Part shown: positions 51,735 through 64,000 of the stretch, piece after piece | Position numbering within the stretch: the first letter of the stretch is position 1 | Layout of the letters: every line of letters starts with the position of its first letter | Source: Dimorphilus gyrociliatus | Taxonomy: Eukaryota; Animalia; Annelida | Direction of reading: 5' to 3' | Assembly: GCA_904063045.1 (NCBI GenBank) | Contig: CAJFCJ010000005.1 | Span: forward strand, 2,784,165 to 2,848,164 | DNA: 64,000 bases | The notes under the pieces: generated by a model | Told to the model about the DNA's origin: nothing | Databases searched by the model: none | What the model saw: the letters and a program-made list of their open reading frames with translations, nothing else | Translations under genes and position numbers: made by a program

Positions 51735-53059
51735 TTAAACTTTAGGTACACCTGCAACTATTTCAGACTCTATACCGCATTCATTTTGTCCTCTCAAAAT
51801 TTTGAAGAATCCTTTATCACCCCAATCGTAATTCCAAGAATTTGCAACGAGCCAGTAAGGAGTACCATTTTCTTCGCCCCATCCAAGAATCTTGACAGCA
51901 TGGCCTCCAAGTGCAGCGCCACTTTCGTGTTGGTAAACTCCGCTCTTGTATGATGGGAAATCGGCGTAAACAGTAAAGGCTGCCTCGACTGGACCATGAT
52001 TCATAATTTCGGCTTGGATTTCAGTTACATCGTTGGGTACAGAGTAAGAAGAAAGTCCAAAATGCTTGTCCTTTTGATAATCAATTCCATACCCATTTTC
52101 GCATGTATGTTGACATTTTGGAGTTGATTCTTCTCCGCACTTTTGTCTTGGTCCGGGAACATGATGTTCGCAGGGTTTGATTTCGTATGGTTGACATCCT
52201 GATTTAGTTCCGTATTGTCCACCTGTAACAATACCATGATTTTCGAAATAATCCCAGGCAGCTTGTGGGAAACCTCCGTTACATCTATTAGAAGAATTAG
52301 AAAATGTTCACATTTTCAGACATTGAACATTAAGTACTTACCCCATTCCACAGGCTGTACAACAAGTGAGCAAATCTTCAGATGAAATATGGAAATTTTC
52401 TTGTCCTTTAGAAGCAATACAAATTCTATCAGTCATGGCTTCAACAGCTGCAAAAGCCTACAAAAATTGTTCATAAGTATTAATATATTCATCAAATTAA
52501 GTGTTCTCTACTCACCCAACAAGATCCGCAAGAACCTTGATCACGAATTTCTCTCAAACTCTTGCAATATGACCATTTTGTTCGTGCGTCGAATTCCTTA
52601 GGAATATATTCTGCGGCAACGTTATGAATTCTGTATGAAGCTCTGTAGTTGTTTGGGTCTGGAATAACTCCGCACATGCGTTTTACATGACCCAAATCTT
52701 GTTCATCAAAGTTTATTCCAGCCTATTAAGAAAATGTACTATGTTATTGTTATTTTTGAGCTTTGTATTAATCATATCGAATACGCCCAGCCAACGTTGA
52801 TTAAGTTATACGTAATAATAAAGAGTATAAATAAAAGTATATAAATATTTGCAAGTTCAGTTTTTTTGAATTCGTTGTTTGTAATGAAATTATGATTATA
52901 AAAATAATATATTATTACCTTCCAGGTAGTATTTAATTTGTTGATGAAATTCATCATCTCATCACCCAGAGGCTTGATTGTTGGATAATACTTCAAATTA
53001 CTGCAAAATGTATTTGCAGCAAAGCAAACGCATATTAAAAATATCGGTAGACTTTTCAT
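51735..53059 (-). CDS. CTSB: Cathepsin B precursor, multi-exon
   Basis: Signal peptide; [11 protein letters not shown] active-site Cys; occluding loop PCEHHVPG; [11 protein letters not shown] catalytic His; YWLVANSWN. Confidence 0.97.
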
Positions 53060-53195
53060 TTCGACTGTACAAAAAATATTTAGAAAATATGATTAGTCAT
53101 AGTCATATTATAAAAATGTTAGAAAGAGGTCAGATCCCCCAGTTAGTACTACTTACCTCCTCGCAAACAGATTTTTAACTGAAAACAAAACACTT

Positions 53196-53205
53196 GTCAC
53201 ATGAC
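53196..53205. promoter_or_regulatory. CLEAR/M-box-like element upstream of cathepsin B
   Basis: GTCACATGAC (reverse complement GTCATGTGAC), about 40 nt upstream of the 5'-UTR splice donor of CTSB (intron 53156-53065). Confidence 0.5.
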
Positions 53206-53431
53206 ATAGCCTGGTTCATGTCATGATATTTACCAGTTTTCTCTTAATTTTTAGACATTTATCTATATTGTTTGAAAGAAATAAAATTATTGATTCATTT
53301 TTAAGTAGACCAATAAAATTAAAGCTTTTAATTGATTTCGTCTTTGTTAAGGAGGAAGATATTTCAAGAAAGTACTTTTTGAAGAGTGTTTTCTACTATC
53401 TATTTGCTAAGTAAAATATTCATTAAGTGGC

Positions 53432-53439
53432 GTCACGTG
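53432..53439. promoter_or_regulatory. Second CLEAR-like E-box in the CTSB/GNPAT divergent spacer
   Basis: GTCACGTG, about 110 nt upstream of the GNPAT ATG (53551). Confidence 0.4.
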
Positions 53440-53550
53440 TTGTCATAGGAGGTCAAGGATTATTTTAGACAGCTTACATTCTTTACCTTCAGAACTTTTA
53501 ATCAGATGATATAACGATTGACAAGGACATAAAGTTTAGCGTAATCGAAG

Positions 53551-55998
53551 ATGTCGGACAATCAATCAAGAAATGTTTGGATAAAAATAGGTGCTATACA
53601 TGTGCATATCAAAGAATATATACAGCGATTAACCGGTTTTTTTTAATCAAAAAACAGATAATCCCCTTGGTCCAAATACTCTAGCAAAGTATAAAGATAT
53701 ATATGAAGATGTTTTAGACGATAGAAGACTTTCCAGTGATTTAAAATTTTGTTTAAGAAATCAGGAAAATGTTCCAAAATTCAAGTACAATACTGAAAGA
53801 AGTTCATCAGATATAAAGGAACAAGTATTGAAAAGTGATAGAGTTAGATATGTAATCGAACATGTTAGTTGTTCTTTATTAATAAAAAATTTTAACAAAT
53901 AGTATATATTATATAACATTTTTTACAGCTGATTTCTGATAAAAAAAGCGATAAAGCATCAGTTGAGAAAGAAGCTGAAGAAATTCTTGCCGAAATGGCT
54001 CACAATTTCAACATGGGTTCTATTAGATTTTTTGCCTTTTTCATGGTAAAAGTCTTTAAAGCACTCTTTCGAAGAGTTTACGTTAATGCAGACGGAATTC
54101 AAATGGTTTGTTTGTTTGTTTAATTAATTAATAAAAATATGCAAATGATCATGCCAGATAAATAAAAATATTCTCTTTAGTTAAGGGAACTAATAAAAGA
54201 ATACCCTGTACTATTTATACCAACACATAGAAGTTACTTTGATTTTCTTCTAATCTCATATATTTGCTACGAGTACGAAATTCCATTACCAGCTATAGCA
54301 GCCGCAATGGGTAATATATAAAAATTTATACATAAGACAATATTATCTAAATGCTCTTTAAAATAATCCTATTGATCAAATAGATTTTAGTAACATGAAA
54401 TTTTTTGGTTGGTTGTTGAGGCAGTGTGGAGCTTTTTACATACGTCGCTCTTTCGGTACGGATAAATTATATTGGGCCATTTTTACGGAATATGTACAAA
54501 GTCATATACGTAATGGTGATAGGCCTGTGGAGTTTTTTATCGAAGGAACTAGAAGTCGAACAGCTAAATCTTACGTTCCTAAAGTTGGAATGCTATCAGC
54601 AACTTTGGAATCTTACTTTAAAGCTGAGGTTTCCGACATTATGCTCGTGCCTATATCTATATCTTACGAAAAAATATTAGAAGAATCCCTATATGCATTC
54701 GAATTGTTGGGTATTCCGAAGCCGAAAGAATCCACTTCCGGGTTATTTAAGGCTAGAAACGTTTTAAATACCGATCATGGTACGGTACACTTTCATATAG
54801 GCACCCCTATTTCACTCAGGCAATGGAGTGTTGATGGAAACTTAGACCGTATTGTTCACTCACTAGAACCGCGCTATATTAATAGCTTGACAGATGATGA
54901 GAATGAATTAAGTAAAAAGCTTGCGTATCATCTAGTATTAGAGCAGCAAAAGATGCTCGTTCTCTCTCCATGGACGCTAATAGCAACAGTTTTAATTCAG
55001 GCCAAAGGAGGTATGGTTCATATTAAGGAATTAAGCAAAGAAGTTGATTGGTTAAAGAGGCAACTTTTTAATTTGGGTGCATACGTTGATTGGCCTGCTA
55101 ATGTTCAAGTAGAGAATGTTATTGAACATTATGCAAATCTGCATTCAAATATTGTCAGAGTGCGAGAAGATGGAATATTCGAAATCTTGTCACAGAATTC
55201 AGTTAAACGTGGAAAAAAACTACTTCAAGATGAAGTTTTTCTTAATGGAGCTACTAACGTCATGCTTTCATCATACCGGAATCAATTAATGCATGTAATA
55301 GTTAGAGTTTGCCTTGTCTCTGTAGTAGTTAATTCTTGCCAGTCAACCTCTCTGAAAATAGTCGATATGCTGGAACAGTATGCGTTTTTAGAGCGTCTCC
55401 TATCTAGGGAGTTTATATTTATTAGTGGAAAGACCAAGGAAGATTTTAACAACGCAGTTATATGGCTCCAGCATGTTGGTGCTTTGCATATAGAGGACGA
55501 AGAGGGTAATATCAAATTCTCTTTGAATAAGCACATTGCCTTCTTTAGTGCTGTTCTTGAGCCATTCCTTATATCCTATTGGGTTTTGTGTCAGCATTTG
55601 TTATCGTTACCGGTTGATGTCCATGGAAGAGCACTAGCCAAAAAACATAAAGAAATAGCCATCGACGCACAGCAATTGGGTCTAAAATTATTACAAGACT
55701 CTGTAATTAAAAATCATGAGATATTAAATCTTGATATGCTGTCGAACGGCCTTCATTCGTTAATTGATATGGGTACTATGTATAAAGATAAGAGGTTAGA
55801 TAGTTACATAAATATTTTAAATAATAACAAAAATTTCTTATTTCAAATAGAGTTGAAGAAAACTATGTTTCACCGAATCATCGACTCGTTTCCGGTATAG
55901 CAAAAAAATTAGCGACTTTGGTTGAAACTCCATCATGGACGCAGATTGGAAATTATACGAATAAGCCAATCACCCAATCGCTTTCATCAAAATTATAA
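53551..55998 (+). CDS. GNPAT: Dihydroxyacetone-phosphate acyltransferase (peroxisomal), multi-exon
   Basis: YEDVLDDRRLSSDLKF N-terminus, acyltransferase motif PTHRSYFDF, GAFYIRRSF and FFIEGTRSR. Splicing out a short intron after 55794 gives a C-terminus ...SLSSKL* carrying a PTS1 signal. Confidence 0.93.
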
Positions 55999-56355
55999 AA
56001 TATTCAAATATTACTTTAATAATAAGAGAAAATCATATAAAATAGCTTCTTTCAAAGTATAAATCTGTGATATATTTCTTTTAGTTTCTTTATATATTGA
56101 AAATATATTATACATCATCCATAAACTAGAAAAGGTTGTTATAGAAAAACCAATATAGATATTAATATATATATGTATATATATACTGAATGTATAACGG
56201 AAATGATAAGATTTTAAAACAATCAGCATTAACTATATAAAGAATTTTATTGTCATATATTTACATTAACACATAACAAAACAATACTAAAGAGATTATT
56301 CTTCGTTGAAAGAGAACTTCTTAGCCTATGTATTCATATTGTTCGTATAACGGAG

Positions 56356-57321
56356 TCAAAGGAAATTGGGGTCTTCCCCGTCTTGAGTAGTTTGAATAAA
56401 TATTTGAAGAAATTCTGTAATTTTATATTCCTTATTTTTAACCAAAAAGTTCATTTTCAATAGGTTTATATAATCTTTTCTCTTATCTGCTTCTCTATTT
56501 AAAGTGCTATTTAAATATTCATTAAATTCTGCTGAATACTTTTTAGGTGGCAATGCGGGGGTTGGCTGATTACACAAATCATTTAAAGCTTCAAATATAT
56601 TGCTCCATTTTCTGTAGGGGAATTTACCGGTTGTAAATTCTAACACAGTTATACCTAAACTCCATATGTCTGATTTTTGAGATAAAGAATCTGATTGTAA
56701 TCTCTCTGGTGCCATATATGACATTGTTCCAACATTATACGACGATTGAAATTCATCACTTTTAACTTTACATGAAATACCAAAATCGCATATTTTCACC
56801 CTACCCGAATTTTTAATCAAAATATTTGATGGTTTAACATCTCTGTGTAAAATACTCAAATCATTTAGAAGATAATACAGTCCACTTGTTATTTGAAATG
56901 AAATATTTCCAATTATTTCTTCAGGTATAAAATATTCCGCAGTATTATTTAATATATTTCCTTTTAATTCATTCAAAGACATATCCATGCTCTCCATAAA
57001 CATCCATAACTCACCGTTCAAGTTTAAATAACCAAGAAAATTTACAGTAAACGGACAATCCCTGCTATCGGATGCTACTTGAATTTCCATCAAAGACCTA
57101 TCTCTTCCCTCTTTATATAAAGCCATAGTCATTCTTTTAACAGCAAATAATTTACCTGATTTAGTATGCTTTACTAAGTTTACTGAACCATATGCTCCGC
57201 ATCCAAGGTTCTTTATTGTCTTCAAGTCTTCGTAGTTTAGTTGTTTACAGTCAAAATCACCATTATTTATATTAAAAGAATCCAGATCCGCTGAGAACTC
57301 CAACTCTTTCCGTCTCATCAT
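56356..57321 (-). CDS. Intronless dual-specificity MAP kinase kinase (MKK3/6-like), divergent activation loop
   Basis: LGCGAYGSV, FAVKRM, CPFTVNFLG, LHRDVKPSNIL, KICDFGIS, YMAPERL, KSDIWSLGIT and GKFPY..W..IFEAL are all MAP2K hallmarks. Confidence 0.88.
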   Translation of the reverse strand: MMRRKELEFSADLDSFNINNGDFDCKQLNYEDLKTIKNLGCGAYGSVNLVKHTKSGKLFAVKRMTMALYKEGRDRSLMEIQVASDSRDCPFTVNFLGYLNLNGELWMFMESMDMSLNELKGNILNNTAEYFIPEEIIGNISFQITSGLYYLLNDLSILHRDVKPSNILIKNSGRVKICDFGISCKVKSDEFQSSYNVGTMSYMAPERLQSDSLSQKSDIWSLGITVLEFTTGKFPYRKWSNIFEALNDLCNQPTPALPPKKYSAEFNEYLNSTLNREADKRKDYINLLKMNFLVKNKEYKITEFLQIFIQTTQDGEDPNFL

Positions 57322-57494
57322 TGAGAAGTATTAAATAGGACTTTTTTTAAGGCGAGGGTCGATTTTGCATTATTTGTCACCAAAATTTCAAATATATTTA
57401 ACTACTATCTATATCTAAAACTTTAGAGTATCTAATAATAATATTTCAAGTAGTCTCTCCCAGAGTGAACAGTCCTTTTCTCTCTAACACCTTA

Positions 57495-57539
57495 CGCCAC
57501 CTATACAGCAATGAATATTTAAAACACTATCACGTGATA
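57495..57539. promoter_or_regulatory. CTCF-like core plus palindromic E-box upstream of the MAP2K gene
   Basis: CGCCACCTA (TAGGTGGCG on -) at 57495-57503 and TATCACGTGATA at 57528-57539, 170-220 nt upstream of the ATG at 57321. Confidence 0.4.
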
Positions 57540-57780
57540 TTTGGGTTTATTTTCTATCAGTTTTTCTTATATAAAACCACGACTTTTCCACGTTTATGCA
57601 TCGTTTTAAAATAAAAAAATAGTATGTACTTAAGTTTTTTTTAACAGAAAAAATGTTCTATTTTTAGATTTAACTTGGTGATAGGTCAAAAAATTTTGTA
57701 CTCGTCACCTTATAAGGTAAATGACCAATTTTATACCTTATATGTACATATTATTGTATTTTTGGAGTACTATAATATCT

Positions 57781-57785
<5 letters not shown>

Positions 57786-57830
<45 letters not shown>
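57786..57830. repeat. (CA)n(TA)n microsatellite near the RIOK1 3' end
   Basis: acacacac followed by a long TA run. Confidence 0.85.
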
Positions 57831-57831
<1 letters not shown>

Positions 57832-57856
57832 ACTTAGGAAATGAAGCGTTAAATTT

Positions 57857-60228
57857 TCATTTTTTCTTCTTCTGCTGTGCTACTTTTATTTTCCTCTTTT
57901 TTACATGCTTCGGTAATTTATCTTTCCTCTTTTCTCTTTTTTCTTCTTTTACTGCCTTTTTTCTTTCTTTCCGGCTATTAGGACTTTCATCTCTCGGTCG
58001 GTCATGAAGTTTTTTCTTATTTTGCGTATCTTCATCGTTGCAATTCCCTTCTTCCTCATTCTCCTCCTCATCGGTGTCGGAATTTTGCGATTCATCGCTG
58101 TTGGATAACTCAATATCTTGCATGTTTTTATCATCATCCAATAAACCAGGAGTGGCTTGGGGACCAGATAAATCAGTTTTTAAACCCATAATCGTCTGAT
58201 AATTAATCTATATGAAAGATACATAAGACTTAGAAACCTTATTTCCATGCTTTAAATTAAACAAGAGAAATGCTTACAAATTCCGTATCAAAGCCTTCTT
58301 TTACTCTCTTAACATCTCTTTCATAGTGAACGACTTCTTCCAGGGTCTGTGGAATAAATACATTCTTAAAGACCTCCTCATCCACCTTTTCTTGAGCAGA
58401 AACATCGTCGACAGTACGACTCTCTGAAATTTCCATGGCCCTTTCTATATATTCATCAATATTTTCATTACTAATATTTGGATCGGTAACAAAATCGAAT
58501 AATTCTCGAACAGTCATTGTACTAACATTCTTCTTTTTAAAAAAATCTGTTATTTATATTTGATAGATTATTAATAAACTTTTATGCACTTATAATGAAT
58601 AATTTACCATTAACATTTGTGCAATCTTTGCGAAGGAATTCCAAGGCATGCGGATGATCGTGTTCTACAGATTGAGACACATCAATAATATAAGCTTTAT
58701 TGTCGTGGTAACTAAAAAATATCCAAAGTACATACATTAGTTAGAAAATACAAAACGCATTATACGAAAATTAAAAACTCACAGCATGTTAAATTCACTT
58801 AAATCAGCATGAACCAATTTTGCTATTTGAAACAAGTTCCTGACTATTATTATAATTTGTAAGTATAGTTCTCTTGCTTTTGATTGATTAATTTCAACAT
58901 CTTTTAATTTTGGTGAAGGCCTATAAACTCTTTTTCAATTAATTTTATACATTTAATTATTTTACTTTTACATACCATCCTGAAGTTCCCAAAAATTCCA
59001 TAACTAAGACATGATTCCTAAGGATGATTGGCTCTGGACAAGGAATTCCAGCTTGATGTATTCTAAATTGAAGAAAAAACTTGTGTTAAATCGAATAGGA
59101 CAGTTTTTAAAAAGAATACTAGTCTAAGAAAATACCTCAGTAAATTACGCATCTCTTTTTCAGCCCAGGTTCTAACCATTTTCCTGGGATTATGACGACA
59201 GTAACCATGTCTAAATCTAAATTCACCAGTTACGTATTTATCTCTATCCTTAAATGTCAGGATTGACGTTTTATATACCTGAATAAATATAAGAAAAATA
59301 AATAAGATTATAGTTCTATACGTTAATACTATGGTAGGAAAAGAATAGTCTACAAAGCATAAAAGGAGGACAGTTGCTTTGATGACTTACTTTGACAGCT
59401 CTTTGTTCATTTTCTTTACCAGTTGCGTGATATACATTTGCTTCTTTTCCGGTTGAGATACATCCATTGATTTCAGTTAGGATTTGTCTACTCAACAATT
59501 TAAATAGAATCATCCGAGTTCTAGGATCCATAACTTGCTCTGCAGTTGCTCTATCTGATTTATCTTTTCGTTGTCTTTCATTATCATTTTTCCTGCTGTT
59601 TTCAAGTACTCTATTAGTTACTGTTGACGGTAATAATGGCCCGCTATATTTTTCTGCAAAGAATGGTGAGTTTTCATATAAACAAGTTTTCTCTTCAATA
59701 AACTGTTAAGTAATAGAAAACTAACCAACTGATATTTTATTAGAATATTTTCCGAGTGCTTTCTCATGAGGTTGATACTTTAAATTACGTCTGGCTTGAT
59801 CAGCTTGTGAATTTGGCCTATATGTACTTGCATTTAATTTTTTTGTAAAATCTATAAAAGAAATAAATTAATGACAAGACTTCGTACTGATTTATTTCCT
59901 ATTATACAAACCTCCTGTCTCATCTCCCCAATCATTATACTCCAATTCTTCGTCATAGTCAGAATCTTCAGAATTATAGGCATCATCAATAATTTCTTTT
60001 ACCTCTTCTGTTAAATTGAAGAAGACAAACACTTTTTCAAAAGATATACGATAATTATGGAAAAAATTACTCTACCTGGTTTAGAAATTATATTCAAGTG
60101 CTCTTTTGCTGCATCGCATAAGCTGTTTTTAGGATACACGTGATAACTATTACAGTTTTATCGCTCGTTAATTAATTTGCTTACACATCCTCATCTACAT
60201 CAGCGAATTGATCCTCTGGCTTACCCAT
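57857..60228 (-). CDS. RIOK1: Serine/threonine-protein kinase RIO1, multi-exon
   Basis: [10 protein letters not shown] start, [72 protein letters not shown], and a basic tail [17 protein letters not shown]. Confidence 0.96.
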
Positions 60229-60755
60229 TAGGATAGAATCATTTATAACGCGTTTACTTTCAAAATATTTCAGAACCTTCCCTTTTGAGGATAAATTCTC
60301 TTTTATTGCACAAACCTTCGCAAATAGTTTAGTAATATATTCCTATTTATAACAGTGTCCACAATTGGCGGCAATATTTAAAAAGAACAAAATATTTGAC
60401 TGTTTTTTATACAACTATATGGTACCAGTTTATTTCTTGTTTTGAGGGAATTTTGTTCGACACTAATTCTAGTCTCTCTTAAGTAAACCAAATAATGTAC
60501 TCGTGGTCCTTAATAACAAGTGATTAGGACATCACAAACAACCTAAGTGTTACCATTATTAGACAAGATTCTTCACATGAGTAGATTTATTTAAAACCAA
60601 AAAAAAAGCGTTCGAATATATATTTTTATATCATTTTTCTGTAGAAAAGCTCAACCAAGATCAATTGATATTTGAAATCTTAGATTTCTTTAAAAAAAAA
60701 GAATTACCCATATAAAAAACACAGTAAATACAATTCTTCATCTCACTTGACTTAA

Positions 60756-63700
60756 TCATAGAAATCTTAAAATAGTTTTACAAACACTATAAATAAATCG
60801 GTCGTTAACTGAATCACATTTTATTCCTAATTTTATTCTTTTGCCTGTTGTTTTCAAGTTAGTCATAGCAGTGTCCCAAGATTTGTGATATTGATTGGAA
60901 AAATATAATTTTTTTAAGTCGTCGTTATAATTGAAGAAGAAATTCTATTTATTTTCATAATACGAAACTTTCAATAGGAATTAAATTGAAAATATCAAAT
61001 AATTATTACCGCATTCTCCCCTGATAATTTAACAGTAAGATTATCTTGATTATCTTGTAAAGTTAGATATAATTTCATCCTTAGTTTCATAAAAGGGATA
61101 CCAACATTATGAGCTGTCGTAGAATATTTCAAAGTATTAATTTAACATTTGGCAGGGTTTTGGAAGAGATTAAAATTATAGAACAAACCTTCAGCATTAA
61201 CACAAATTTCAAAGCATTTCTGACAAACAAAAGACGTAAGATCGCTTTCATCCATCTTTTCTCTAAAAGACATATATGAGTATTTAATTCAAGAAAATAA
61301 TAGCTTATTATTAATAATATTGTATTCTTACATTTCCCAATTGTTGATCAATTGCAAATTTGAATCACTAAATTTTAAACATCTTTCGTGGCTTCTAGGA
61401 AGATTACACCTTTAATAAAATAGAATAATGAAATATTAGTTATATAAAGGCTAAGTTTAGAAAAATTGATATACTCGAAGAGGCAATATGGGCAATAGAA
61501 TTGTAAAAACTCTAGGTTATTTATGCTTGTAAAATTTGAAATGGAGGCTTGCACCGTACATATTTTAGGCTTTTTATCATTCGTCATCAAGTTTTTTAAG
61601 CTAATTAAATCACCGTCGTGATGAATTTCTATAATTAAAAAAATAAAAGAAAGTGAAAATCAAATTACTTTGATAAAATACCGGAAAAAAAATAATTAAT
61701 ATACCTGTATCAATAGCTTGAGTAAATAGAATACTATTGAATTCTTCTTCATCATCAAATTCTACTTTAATATTATTCGTAACCTCCTTTTTTATTGTTT
61801 GGGCGGTAGCAAGCTGTTGAAACATTTTTATAACTGATAATCTTGGATCTTCATCTTTTAGGTTATAAACTCCTCTTTTGTATTTGGAGCCACCTCCATG
61901 TACGCTAATGGCATAGAAACTAGTATTACTCTTCTTTCGAATATCAGCATTAATTACTTCTATATATTGACCAATCTATAAAAGTATATATATATATATA
62001 TCGGAAAATTAGTACAGTGGAATACTAAAGATTTAATAGAATATGCCTTTATGTTACGTGCAACTTCAGCATGCTCGTCATATGCTAAAATGTAATGTAG
62101 ATAGTCTTCTGAAGGGAAAGCTGAAGTATCTATTTCTTCGATTTCATCTGATTTCGGCTTTAAAGTCATAAATCTATAATAAATATTAAACTTGAGTATT
62201 GTTATTAATCTTTAAATATTTAAAAATCTGATATAAAAACCTTAAATTACGATTTCCATCCCAAGCAATCAAAATGCAACTAGCTTTCCTATATATTCCT
62301 TCAGAAGTATTTTTAGAATATATTTTTCCTACTAGCTGCAATTTTAACATAAATTTATTCGCTTCTCATCTCTTTTAACGTATTTAAACAAAGAAATTAC
62401 TTGACAAATGAATCCAGTATAGCAAAGACGATTTAATGTTCCAAAGTTGTCACCTTTAATCTTGCGTCTAAAGTCGCTTAGATTGTCCTTTACTTTACTA
62501 TCAGCAATCTCAATATTTTTAGCATCAGTATTACTCAGACTAATATAAATTTCATTTATGTCGCCTTCATTATGCTTAATATTAAGATTTCTCAGTAATA
62601 CAGTATCTTCAACCTTTATCGAAAATAGTAATAATTAATATTATCAAATATTTTTTGTCTATAATTAGATACTTTGATGCGCTTAATTTGTTCATAAAAT
62701 TTCTTGTGTACATGGACATCATAGGAATCGTTCCAAACTAAACCAAGGAATGGTGTAATTTCTCTAATAGACCCTATATAATTGGTTAATGCTGAATTCA
62801 TTAGGTTTCTGTTAAAATATACGAATTATTTATTAATTATTTTCTGATGTATATACTGTATATTGTAAACATAATAATTTACAATTGACTTCTTGTTCCA
62901 TCCCAAATTTTAAGTAAAATTTTATCATCTATATCAATTATTGCCAAAACTTTACATCTTAAGGAAAATGGAAAGTTTTGATTTATCGAATCACTTATTG
63001 CGTATGCTGATGAGGAATTTAAGCTTCTAGGCTGAAAGAGAAGCGCTTTTCTGGTCATCCAAAATTTTCTCAACTCAACCACCTAATAGAATATAAATGA
63101 ATAAAACCAAATTCTAACGAGCAACGAAAAAACATTTTACATATTTAATATCCGTTCGTTTAAGTCTAAACTTCCTTTGACCATAAATCACAGGCGTTAA
63201 TGAGGAATTGATATCACCTGAAAATCTTAACCATACAGCTCCCCAGCCTGTGGATGCAGTGCACTGTAATTTCCCTTTAAATAATTTACACTAAAAGTAT
63301 TAGAAATGTTATAAATAATTATAAATAATTTTAAATGCATTATAGTTATGGCATACTCGTAATCTTTTTATAACAAATATATCACCAATACTATTAGACG
63401 TAGGCATCTCATTCTCATTGTCGCTGAATAATGTTATTGGTACACTATTTTCTAAAGTTTCATCCATCAGTTTAAGAAAAAATCGGCAACCTTGAAAAGT
63501 AAACAAGATCAATTATGATATAATAAAAGAATTAAATATTAAAAGAATAACAAACTATTATTCTTTACTCTTGATACAGAATCGCAATAGGTAAGAATCC
63601 CACTGACGTTAAATGTATGTTGAGACATAGTCAAGTTTTTTAACAAAGTAATCTCATTATCCAATGAAAACTTTAAGAAAAACAAAAATTATTAGCGTTA

Positions 63701-63850
63701 TTCATAAATCATATTTATTATTAATATAAGAAAATATCATACAATAGCCGGGGGAATAAATATCCATACTTCGGTCAAATTTTGAGGTTTTGTTCTAGTT
63801 TCTATCCTAAATGGATGTGGTCCGTGTTTGTTGATTGAAGGATTAATGGT
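60756..63850 (-). CDS. POT1: Protection of telomeres 1 (OB-fold ssDNA-binding), multi-exon; 5' end probably beyond the window
   Basis: OB1 LFSDNENEMPTSNSIGDIFVIKRLR, OB2 LLKIWDGTRS (POT1 LLKVWDGT motif), a CxxC, and C-terminal MKLYLTLQDNQDNLTVKLSGENA|NFF...YSVCKTIL. Confidence 0.82.
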
Positions 63851-63917
63851 TACTTTGTTTAATATAATAACATCCTTATTATATAAGAAAATGAAAGCAA
63901 AGAAAAGAAGATATAGT

Positions 63918-63948
63918 TTATATATATCTATATGTGTATATATGTAAT

Positions 63949-63980
<32 letters not shown>

Positions 63981-63982
63981 AT
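63918..63982. repeat. (TA)n microsatellite
   Basis: TA run at the window end. Confidence 0.85.
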
Positions 63983-64000
63983 ACCCCAGTTTCAACGGCA

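Overview
AT-rich, gene-dense animal (invertebrate) nuclear DNA with very short spliceosomal introns (mostly ~50-100 nt, GT-AG) and short intergenic spacers. This fits a miniaturised genome such as a small spiralian/annelid, but that is inference and the species was not determined. I reconstructed about 22 protein-coding genes by eye: HS6ST (5' part outside window), KIF3A, glutamine synthetase, two orphan genes, two intronless NHL-type beta-propeller genes, synphilin-1-like, ARMC10-like, an SLC16/MCT transporter, junctophilin, a giant RIMBP-like gene, MARF1, two tandem Ly6/uPAR genes, a divergent FoxQ2-like gene, a CCCH-RWD-CHY protein, GPKOW, TUBGCP5, cathepsin B, GNPAT, an intronless MAP2K, RIOK1 and POT1 (5' end probably outside window). 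I saw no rRNA, tRNA, CRISPR array or intact transposon. The most notable signals are: (i) repeated TA-C[A/T]G-TA interruptions in (TA)n tracts, matching Tc1/mariner excision footprints; (ii) CTCF-like and CLEAR/M-box motifs in short divergent promoters; (iii) a forkhead with an altered recognition helix; (iv) a MAP2K with acidic residues at an activation-loop phosphosite; (v) a reduced-domain RIMBP; and (vi) 12-Cys Ly6 tandem paralogues that differ by one intron. All product names come from remembered family motifs, not database searches, and exon boundaries are manual.
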